A DNA stretch of 63,831 nt, the filler included, from Octopus bimaculoides (taxonomy: Eukaryota): the NCBI RefSeq assembly GCF_001194135.2. It is 6 parts of 6 records of this genome, joined end to end, with 100 filler letters (N's around TTAATTAATTAA, not from the genome) between each part and the next. Parts side by side here need not be neighbours in the genome. Positions count along the whole stretch, not along the records: positions 48,591 to 55,450 come from NC_068989.1; positions 55,551 to 59,798 come from NC_068987.1; positions 59,899 to 61,774 come from NW_026430564.1; positions 61,875 to 63,831 come from NC_068990.1; 2 more parts are not named here. One strand, written 5' to 3'. Below the pieces are notes generated by a model, which had not been told where the DNA came from, ran no database searches, and saw only the letters and a list, made by a program, of their open reading frames with translations. Position 1 is the stretch's first letter, and each line of letters begins with the position of its first letter. A program made the translations under genes and the position numbers. Shown piece after piece: positions 54,894 through 63,831 of this stretch.

Positions 54894-55702
54894 GAGAGAG
54901 ACATAGAGAGAGTGTATGTGTGTGTGTTACAATTTGTACGTACGGATAAAAGTATGTGTGAACATGCCCCTATCTTATTTTACTATGTAGCTGCCACTAC
55001 GCTGCTTTTTTGCAGTTTTATTTCCCTGCTTCTTTCAACTCCTGATTAAAAACTTTACCGCATCTTGTTTTCTTCTCTTTTTTCGTTCTTTCTTTCTGCC
55101 GCTGATTCTTTCTTTTTTCCTCTTTGTTTCTCTTTCTCCCCTGCTCCATATGTTTTTTATTATTTTATCCCACCTTCATTTCCCTTTTCTTGTGCTTTCT
55201 GGAAACCTTAATTTCACTTTCTAACCTCACCCTCTCCATTATTCTTCATAGCTTCTCTTAATTCCACTCTCTCTTCCCTATCTCTCTCATAATACACTGC
55301 ACCTGACTCTCCTTTCACCCGCCTCTCATGTTTTCTTCTATCGTTTGCCATCTCAACTCTTTTTTTTTTCTTTTTTGACAAACCATAATTTTGATAAATT
55401 TAGACAACAAAGTCATGTGCATGTCCAAATTACAGTCACGATCAAATGTTNNNNNNNNNNNNNNNNNNNNNNNNNNNNNNNNNNNNNNNNNNNNTTAATT
55501 AATTAANNNNNNNNNNNNNNNNNNNNNNNNNNNNNNNNNNNNNNNNNNNNATATATATATATATATATATATATACAGAGAGAGACCTAAGTATATATGT
55601 ATATATACATAGACATGACAGAAGTAAGTAGACACCCTTATAACTATTAAAATTTATTTTAATCTGAAATTATACATTTATCAATTATTGTAATGTGAAC
55701 AT

Positions 55703-55950
55703 TTACTATTTTGTCGACATGCCCTTTGCATTTTTTCAATGCAAGGACACTATTAGGCATGTTATTGATCAGATGATAAATATTCTCTTAGGGAATTTCT
55801 TGCCAAGTTTCCCTAAGAAAGATCCGGCTTTGAGGATGCTTTCTTACAAAGTTTCCTGTCCATTATGCCCCCAGAAGTGTTCAATAGGGTTTATATCTGG
55901 TGACTGGCTTGGCCATGGAAGTCTTTTAATGCCATTCTTTTTATTAATGG
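55703..55950 (-). mobile_element. Tc1 transposase C-terminal fragment
   Basis: NGIKRLPWPSQSPDINPIEHFWGIMDRKL...WQEIP...LINNMP. Confidence 0.85.
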
Positions 55951-55990
55951 ACATTTTTATGTTTCAGGTTCCATATGTGACTCTTTAATC

Positions 55991-56350
55991 ATGCCATGTG
56001 CAAAAGAAGCCTTGGAACTGTCTGAATTTCGAAGCAGCCATATTGAGGGTCAATCTGAAAGTGGACTTAGAGTAAAATCACAGAAAACCATGGGATCTTG
56101 CTTTCTACAGTTAATAGAGTGATTGTACAATTCCCCAGAGAGGGGAAGGAGTCCACATCACACTTTTCGGGTTGATCAGGGCCCTCTGACAGGACCTTTT
56201 GCTTTGTTAAGTGAAGTGTGGAGGATAATCCTCATTGTGAGGCCTCTGACATAGCAGAACCAATTTATGTCAGTCCCACAACAACTTTTGGATATTTCCA
56301 CAAACTTGGTTACTATGGCAGAACAGCAAAAAGGAAGCCACTTCTTCATT
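55991..56350 (+). mobile_element. Tc1 transposase N-terminal fragment
   Basis: MPCAKEA..LSEF...LSTVNRVIVQF.REGKEST...DNPHCEASDIAE...LGYYGRTAKRKPLL. Confidence 0.7.
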
Positions 56351-56439
56351 ATTTTATGTGTTATATTTATTTTAACTTGAATGTTTTATGGTGTGTCTAT
56401 TTACTTCTGTCATGTTAGCGTATATCTAAATATACCTTG

Positions 56440-56712
56440 CTTGGCTTCTGTGCTGGTGGCTCGTAAAAAATACCAACCGATTGTGGTCATTGCCAGCCCC
56501 CGCTGGCCCCTGTGCCAGTGGCACGTAAAAAAGCACCCACTACACTCTCAGAATGGTTGGTGTTTGGAAGGGCATCCAGCTGTAGAAACACTGCCAGATC
56601 AGACTGGAGCCTGGTGCAGCCTCCTGGCTTCCCAGACCCCAGTCGAACCGTCCAACCCATGCCAGCATGGAAAACAGACGTTAAACAATGATGATGATGA
56701 TGATGATGATGA
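56440..56712 (+). mobile_element. SINE 3' part with (GAT)n tail
   Basis: ggaagggcatccagctgtagaaac...ccaacccatgccagcatggaaaacagacgttaaac(gat)n. Confidence 0.7.
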
Positions 56713-56984
56713 TCTGTATACAGATGTTTCCCTGTGCAGCAAGAAGAGTTAGAAATCTTCTGGAGGAAAAAAAAATCATTATTTGGTTCATTCCTCTTTC
56801 TCAAACAGAATGTCTATTTTTATAAGAAATCAATACAAAGTAGTCATGAAGAGTTCAAATCCCACTGGGGTAGACTATACTCTTCATCCACCTGGGAATC
56901 AATAAAACCAGTTCCAATCAAAGAGTGACATTTGATTCAATACACTACATCACGACCATTCACTTAAAAATCAGCACTGTTAAC

Positions 56985-57398
56985 CATTTACTTGTTTTGG
57001 GATTGAACTACGACCATGCTGGGGCACAGACATGAAGGGTTTAGACAATCAAATTGATCCTTGGACTTATTTTTAAAATTTTAGTACTTGTTCTGTTGAT
57101 TTATTTTCCTGAAACGCAACTGCTAAGTTATGGGGACATAAACAAACCAACACTGGTTGTCCAGCACAGAAACAAAGAAATGCATAAACAATTTAAATGT
57201 GAGAGTGTGTGTGTGTGTGTGTGTGTAAATGTGACAGGCTTCCACACAGTTTCCAACAGACAGCTTCATTCGCAAAGCATTAGTCAGCCAGGGGCTTTAG
57301 TAAAAGACACTTCTCCAAGGTGCTGCCATGCACTGGGATTGAACCCCAAACTACATGGTTGCAAAGTCAGCTTCTTTAGCCACACAGCCATGCCTTCA
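56985..57398 (-). mobile_element. CORE-type tRNA SINE, full length
   Basis: Reverse strand head ggcatggctgtgtggctaaag, gggttcaatccc B box, gcaccttggagaagtgtctt CORE. Confidence 0.75.
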
Positions 57399-57424
57399 CT
57401 GGTGCCAAGTGAAACGAAAAAAGC

Positions 57425-57653
57425 GATTTCAATCATTGAACTGTGGCCATGCTGGGCACCACCTTGAAGAGATTTTAGTTGATCAAATCAATCCTACATT
57501 TGTGGCCATGCTGGAGCACTGCCTTTTAGTCAAGCAAATCGACCCCAGGACTTATTCTTTGTAAGCCTAGTACTTATTCTATCAGAGTCTTTTACCGAAC
57601 CACTAAGTTACAGGGATATAAACAACAACATTGGTTGTTAAGCGATGGTGGGG

Positions 57654-57654
<1 letters not shown>
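57425..57654 (-). mobile_element. CORE-type SINE 3' half with duplicated tail
   Basis: tgtggccatgctgg occurs twice (~57438, ~57501). Confidence 0.7.
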
Positions 57655-57702
<48 letters not shown>

Positions 57703-57765
57703 TATATTTACATTATATTACACATTATTTACGTTTGACGGATATTTGTCCTCATTTTGTTTGTT

Positions 57766-57811
57766 AACACAACGTTTCGGCTGATATACCTTCCAGCCTT
57801 CATCAGGTGTC
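57766..57811 (-). ncRNA. Minimal type-I hammerhead ribozyme, canonical core (dimer-type stem III)
   Basis: GACAC-CUGAUGA-A-GGCUG GAAGGUAUAU CAGCC-GAAAC-GUU-GUGUU; 5-bp stems I and II, ACGU palindrome. Confidence 0.75.
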
Positions 57812-57875
57812 TTGGGGAAATTTCGAACCTGGGTTCTCATTCCTAAGGTATTTTTCGATATTATCAACATTATTA

Positions 57876-57936
57876 TGGAATCGAACTCGGAATCTTGGGG
57901 TTATTTAGCCGCGCTCTTAACCACTACACCATATGC
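57876..57936 (-). promoter_or_regulatory. tRNA-like internal Pol III promoter (A box + B box)
   Basis: TGGTGTAGTGG (57931-57921) and GTTCGATTCC (57886-57877); acceptor stem incomplete, so not a tRNA gene. Confidence 0.7.
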
Positions 57937-58654
57937 TTGCGGGCAATTATGGGGTGAATTTAAGGGCTTATAAATCTAATATTTTTCTATCTTTCCTTAA
58001 TACCGGTTACCATATGTTGTTCATATTTACACTCGGTCTGCTTAGGAGGTTATTGTGTCCTAGCATGTGTGCTGCTTCTTTTAGTTTTCGTATTTTCCAG
58101 TGGTGCTAAAAATTCTGCCCGCAGCCGCCCTCATAACACCAAACATTTATATTTCTGTGACCGTGTGGAAGATCGGCTCGATCGAGAACTAAGAAACGGT
58201 GGAGCGGGTCTCTGTTACATCTAAATACACTTAGCAACATGTTGCGAGTATTTTGGGTGGGGTTCTTGCGCCAAAAAGTGAACAACGTCCGATAATTTTG
58301 ATTTCGTTTGGGTATACAGGCCAGTAAGAGTGCTCTCCCTTCTCATTAGGTTGTTAGGAAAACGTTTCGGAACTTCATCCGACCTGCTAGTAATAGCAGC
58401 CGAACATCTCTCGAATACCATCTCACCATTTTAAAAGATCAAAGATACATTAAAAATATATATTCCTAGATACTCTTTAAAATACAGGAGGATGGTGATC
58501 ATAACTGGGATTTGCTTTCACCCAAAGGTCGGTTCGTTTTCAATGAGCGTTGTCTTCAGTAAGTTCTGCTTGGTAGGGTCCAATCTTTGATCCACCGGAG
58601 GATTTGAATCCATCTCAGTTGGCTAACAAAACACTCTTCAATATCATAGTGCAG

Positions 58655-58865
58655 TAGTGATGAGCTGGCAGAACTGTTAGCCTGCTGGACATAGTGCTAA
58701 ATGGCATTGCGTTCGACATCACATCGAGTTCAAATTCCGCCAAAGTCGACTTTACCTTTTGTCCTTTCAGGGTCGATAAAATAGGTACCAGTTACATACT
58801 GGGATCAATGTAATCGATTTAGCCTATCCCCGAAATTGCTGGCCTTGTGCCATAATTTGAAACTA
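58655..58865 (+). mobile_element. tRNA SINE (24156 family)
   Basis: gagctggcagaactg...gagttcaaattccgcc...agggtcgataaaataggtaccag. Confidence 0.8.
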
Positions 58866-59142
58866 ATTTATAATGCATTGGTTATTTTATGGTGACAAAA
58901 CTGGTTTAGTTTAACTTAAGTCAATCCAGATCGATCAGATCTGTGATAGAAAGCGTTCTATCCGTGACTATTCCAATATTTTTTACAATATTGTGTACCT
59001 TAATTAACACTGGCCAATGGTCCACTTTCCAGAGGTAAGGTGTAAATGGATAAAGAGGGGACTGCTAAGTCTAACAGTGACCCGGTTTGATGATGTCCAT
59101 TCAAAGCTTGGTTAACTGACCAATTCATATGGGTTATATTCT

Positions 59143-59432
59143 AGAGGTATGTGTAACACTTTTTGAGAAGCGGGCCGCATGAGACATGACTCATCATCAG
59201 GTGGGCCGCACTAATAAAATTCAAGCTAGTTTTTCGCTAGGCATGCCATTCAAAAAGTCTTACATGCGGCTCTCAAGCATATTTCAGGCGGCCCATGACG
59301 GTCTTCTCTCTATAAATATAATAAAATTTTCTTTAATTAACTTTGTTTTACTTCTTTTGTGGGGGGCGGTGGCCCCTCAACAAAATCCAGGTTTGGATCT
59401 GGCCTGGATATTAAAAGGGTTCAGAACCACTG
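59143..59432. mobile_element. Degenerate hAT-like MITE remnant
   Basis: gcgggccgcatg motifs and a terminal ...gggttcagaaccactg; TIRs poorly matched. Confidence 0.35.
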
Positions 59433-59612
59433 TATTAAACCCAAAGTAATTTCAACAGCGCATGCTCAGGAAAAATAATTTTTAATGCATTAAACCTTAC
59501 AAGAAGCTCATCTTCACGTATGGGACCCGAGGTGATTTTTTAGATACTTTTTTGGAATAAAGTGCGTTTTATATACCCTTAACTACAGTAAATGTATTTG
59601 TTATATATATAT

Positions 59613-59761
59613 TGATAGATCGCTAGCCATTACACACATCTCCTTGTTTCTTTCTGTGGAAGAGCGTAGGCTCGAAACGTTAAAGACTTTTTCAATTCTC
59701 GAGCGTTATACTAATACATCTGTTTGTTTTCTACACTACCTGTCTTCGTCTTTTGTTTTTT

Positions 59762-59770
<9 letters not shown>
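59613..59770 (+). mobile_element. (TA)n-embedded HHR element, diverged relative of 41561
   Basis: HHR motif 59649-59686 TCTTT-CTGTGGA-A-GAGC GTAG GCTC-GAAAC-GTT-AAAGA; shared downstream cgagcgt.atactaat. Confidence 0.75.
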
Positions 59771-59793
<23 letters not shown>

Positions 59794-60169
59794 ATATANN
59801 NNNNNNNNNNNNNNNNNNNNNNNNNNNNNNNNNNNNNNNNNNTTAATTAATTAANNNNNNNNNNNNNNNNNNNNNNNNNNNNNNNNNNNNNNNNNNNNAT
59901 ATATATATATAATTGGATAGCCGTTGACTCTTAAGAGTTCTTCCCCCCTTTTACAGGCCTTGCTTTTAGTCCTGCAGGGTGTCCAATACACACCCTCCTC
60001 ACCAAGTGGAATTGGTGGGGGACCCGGTTTAGTCGCCGACGACCTGGCTGAATTGTGGATGTGTGTGCCAGATGCATGTTTGGTGGGAGTGAGTGTTGGG
60101 TGTGAGTGTGTGTATATATGTATTTATATATATTTATTTACATTTTTAATTCTTGAATATATGTATGTA

Positions 60170-61773
60170 TTAAGTTGTCAAGAAAGATCTTGCGGTTTTT
60201 AGCCTTTAAATTCAGATGCATATATCTCGGCTCAAACAAAACTTTATTAATCGAAATAAACACCATCAGAATCAACACACTTTTGCCAACGCGAAACAAG
60301 TTTATTTATGCCAGTAGCGTAAAAATCCTGCATTCTGGTGGCGATGAAGTCGTTGAAAGCGTGTTTGGCATCGTCTTGGTTTTTGAAGCATTTCTCACGC
60401 AGGAAGTTGTCGAGATGCTTGAAAAAGTGGTAGTCGGTAGGCGAGAGGTCTGGTGAGTATAGCGGATGGGGTATAGTTTCGTAGCCCAATTTGTTAAACT
60501 TCTGCAGGGTCAGTTGTGTGACTTGCGGCCGAGCGTTGTCATGGAGAAGAATTGGTCTTTTTCTATTGACCAGTGCTGGCTGTTGTCGGAGTTTCTTATG
60601 CATTTCATCCATTTTCTTACTACTTCTCCGCCGTAATGGTTTCGCCTTGATCCAAAAAGCTGTGATGGATGAGACCGGCCGCAGACCACCAAACAGTCAC
60701 CATGACCTTTTGGTGCAACTCTGGCTTCGGGAAGTGCCGTGGAGCTTCGTCGGCGTCCAACCACTGAGCTGAGCGTCACCGGTTGTCGTAAGGACATCGT
60801 AAGGATGTCGCCGGTTGTCGTAAGGACATCGCAAGTCACAATCCGGTCGAGAAACGGGTCGTTCTTGTTGCGTAAAAGAAGGGCAGACGACACTTTAAAA
60901 CGGCGTTTTTAAAAAAATTTTTGGTTGTCGTTCAATTCGTGCGGCACCCATTTCTCAAGTATTTTTGCTTTTCCAATCTCTTTCAAGTGGTTGGAAATTA
61001 TCGTATACATTACGTCTAATTCAGAAGCAAGCTCTCGAACAGTTGNNNNNNNNNNAGGACATCGTAAGGATGTCGCCGGTTGTCGTAAGGACATCGTAAG
61101 GATGTCGCCGGTTGTCGTAAGGACATCGCAAGTCACAATCCGGTCGAGAAACGGGTCGTTCTTGTTGCGTAAAAGAAGGGCAGACGACACTTTAAAACGG
61201 CGTTTTTAAAAAAATTTTTGGTTGTCGTTCAATTCGTGCGGCACCCATTTCTCAAGTATTTTTGCTTTTCCAATCTCTTTCAAGTGGTTGGAAATTATCG
61301 TATACATTACGTCTAATTCAGAAGCAAGCTCTCGAACAGTTGTGCGTGGATTGGCTTCGACTAAGGCTCTAGGTTGATCGTTGTCAACATCCGATGACCG
61401 ACCACTACGCTTATCATCTTCAAGATTCTCGTCACCGCTACGAAATTTCTTGACACACCATCGTGCTGTTCGTTCATTAGTGGTTCCTTGGGCCAAAGGC
61501 ATCGTTGATATCGCAAGCTGTTTCAGCAGCTTTTTGGCCATACTTGAACTGGAATAAGAAAATTGTGCGAATTTGCTTTTTGTCCGTGTTGTATTCACTG
61601 TTCCGGGAAAATGGCCTAATTTTTCAAAAGGCAAAGAGTAAGACGATTAGATAGAGCAAAAAGCGGGTTTTAAAATGATATATAAATCAAAGTAATTTAA
61701 CTAAAATTAATTTGAAAATACATCATTTAAAACCGAAATTAAAAATTCCGCAAGAACTTTCTTGACAACCTAA
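60170..61773 (-). mobile_element. Mariner (D,D34D; SETMAR/Hsmar1-like motifs) with both TIRs, frameshifted
   Basis: TIRs 60170-60201 and 61741-61773; KWVPHEL, FLDRIVTCD, ILLHDNARP, HPLYSPDLSPTDYHFF. Confidence 0.95.
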
Positions 61774-61874
61774 TNNNNNNNNNNNNNNNNNNNNNNNNNN
61801 NNNNNNNNNNNNNNNNNNTTAATTAATTAANNNNNNNNNNNNNNNNNNNNNNNNNNNNNNNNNNNNNNNNNNNN

Positions 61875-61929
<55 letters not shown>

Positions 61930-62728
61930 TTGTGTGTTTGTCTCTGTGTGTTGTATCTATGTATTTACGAAAGTATGTATGCAGCGCGCGTGGATATGAC
62001 AGCTGTATTAACGTTACATCCCATTGCCACCGCTATTCTCGCCTTCATTGATATAAATCACCCTGCTACCTTCCGACTAATACTTTTTGCAACCTTCTCA
62101 TTTTATCATATAATTCGCCCAACGCCCCTGAGAGGGGAACATTATAGATTTTTATTGAAATCCAATTAATCTATTATTGAACTGGGTGTTAGTGTAACAT
62201 GTATGTAAAGTCTCGTGAATATTGGTTCGCTGGTTTAGGCACTAAGATGGTAACAGACAGACAGAAACTGCCATTTATATATATTTTATATATATATATA
62301 TNNNNNNNNNNNNNNNNNNNNNNNNNNNNNNNNNNNNNNNNNNNNNNNNNNNNNNNNNNNNNNNNNNNNNNNNNNNNNNNNNNNNNNNNNNNNNNNNNNN
62401 NNNNNNNNNNNNNNNNNNNNNNNNNNNNNNNNNNNNNNNNNNNNNNNNNNNNNNNNNNNNNNNNNNNNNNNNNNNNNNNNNNNNNNNNNNNNNNNNNNNN
62501 NNNNNNNNNNNNNNNNNNNNNNNNNNNNNNNNNNNNNNNNNNNNNNNNNNNNNNNNNNNNNNNNNNNNNNNNNNNNNNNNNNNNNNNNNNNNNNNNTATA
62601 TATTTAATAATAATTTAATAAAAAATAAAGTAAAATGTACGGTTACTCATCAATAATGAATGATATTGATTTAAGATATTGATGATGATGAAAAATAATG
62701 AAGGTAATGATTGCACAGCAAAGAAGAT

Positions 62729-63580
62729 TTAAAGCTTTTCAGGTGACGTCTCTTCTTCAGGTGTTTTAGGGGATGTCGTATCTTCGTGCAAGGCTTTCTT
62801 GGTGGCCCTGAGGAATGTTGTGATGGGAATTTGCTGTCGTTGTTTCTTCATGGTGGTGAGGAGGGTTTTATATGTCTGCATGGCAGCACCGATGGCATTT
62901 TTAAATTGGAGAGACCGAACAATATAGGGATCCCACGCTTCCGCCTTCCTTTGCAATTCCTTTGCTGTCCTTAAAAGGTCGGACAGACGTTCGATTGTCA
63001 GACCTACTTCATTCTCCTCTTCCTCTGGATCTGGCGCTTCTTGTTCCTCTTTGTTGGAAGACTTCATTAACTCCAACAAACCTTCATCTGTCAGGGTTTC
63101 AGAGTGCGCATCGACGAGATTGTTGACCTCATCTTGTGTGATGTCGTCAAAACCTTCACCAGTTTCACCGCATTGTTGATAGCCTCGTACTGAATATCTT
63201 CAGGTGAGAAGCCCTCGTAGCCCTGGACACACTTTGGCCACACCTTCTTCCAGCATGCGATGAGGGTTTCTGTTTTCACGTCTTTAAGAGCAGCGTGGAT
63301 GACTGGCAGGGACGTTGCGATCGTGAAGTTACGCCAGAAATCCTTTATCTTGAAATTCTCGTGCGAATCCATTGCGTCCACAAGGTGTTGGAGAGAGTTC
63401 CGAGTGTAAAGCCTTAATCCACAGGCTGGATGAGGGAGGTGGTTTTGGCAGGGAGGAACTCGACTTGGACTCCCTCGTGATTCAGATCCAAAGAGTGATC
63501 ACCAGCATTATCCATAACAAGCAACACCTTGGATTCCACACATACGTTTTGGAGGTATTCCTTGGTATTCCATACTTCAG
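62729..63580 (-). mobile_element. Tigger/pogo transposase C-terminal half, frameshifted
   Basis: KVLLVMDNAG.H...VEFLPAKTTSLIQPVD; IACWKKVWP; acidic tail typical of Tigger1-like proteins. Confidence 0.88.
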
Positions 63581-63831
63581 TCCATACACGCATACGCAAA
63601 AACATAGACACATGCATATGTAAACATTGATTCCTTACATGCACGGGTGCAAACTTATACGACCACCCATCCATCCATCCATCCATCCATCCAGACACAC
63701 ATACATGCATATAAAATACACTTATGCGCTCCCTCATGTGTGTATGTATGTATGTATGCATGTATGTATGTATGTATACATGTATGTATGTATGTATGTG
63801 TGTGTGTATGTGAATGTATGTGCGTGTGTGT

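Larger units (their letters stand above)
57706..58105 (-). mobile_element. Penelope-like element 3' end: GIY-YIG C-terminus, tRNA-like cassette, hammerhead, (TA)n
   Basis: 57968-58105 reads HWKIRKLKEAAHMLGHNNLLSRPSVNMNNIW*PVLRKDRKILDL*, resembling PLE endonuclease C-termini. Confidence 0.7.

Noticed and set aside
57876-57936. Possible tRNA gene
   Set aside because: A and B boxes are present but the acceptor stem and 3' T-stem are missing; treated as a tRNA-derived cassette.
58150-58200. HHR-like GATCG GCT CGATC-GAGAAC on the plus strand
   Set aside because: A stem II-like hairpin is present, but both core segments are broken and stem I is out of register; possibly a fossil, not supportable.
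60791-61342. Genuine tandem duplication or second mariner copy
   Set aside because: Identical copies abut a 10-N gap; best explained as an assembly overlap.

Overview
AT-rich, microsatellite-saturated metazoan DNA from a gapped assembly. It is most likely octopus/coleoid cephalopod, inferred from the SINE families and repeat landscape, not from a database match. I found no host protein-coding exon I can support. Almost all ORF-track entries are microsatellite or N-gap artefacts. Five 100-bp joins (44 N + TTAATTAATTAA + 44 N) split the window into six blocks whose relative order is not sequence-supported. Recognisable content is transposon debris: CR1, RTE and R4/Dong-like LINE fragments; Penelope-like (PLE) RT and GIY-YIG fragments; three mariners; Tc1 and Tigger pieces; MITEs; many tRNA-derived SINEs; and a degenerate interstitial (TTAGGG)n array. 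The most interesting signal is a set of short elements sitting in (TA)n tracts that each carry a type-I hammerhead-ribozyme (HHR) motif. (i) A PLE 3' end has a tRNA-like Pol III A/B-box cassette just upstream of a canonical-core minimal HHR (57706-58105). (ii) Two unrelated palindromes have back-to-back HHR motifs at their centres, one per strand (7307-7550, 24858-25020). (iii) A young family with a variant CUGUNGA core occurs at 19668, 41561 and 59613. All folds were read by eye, and catalytic activity and novelty are untested.
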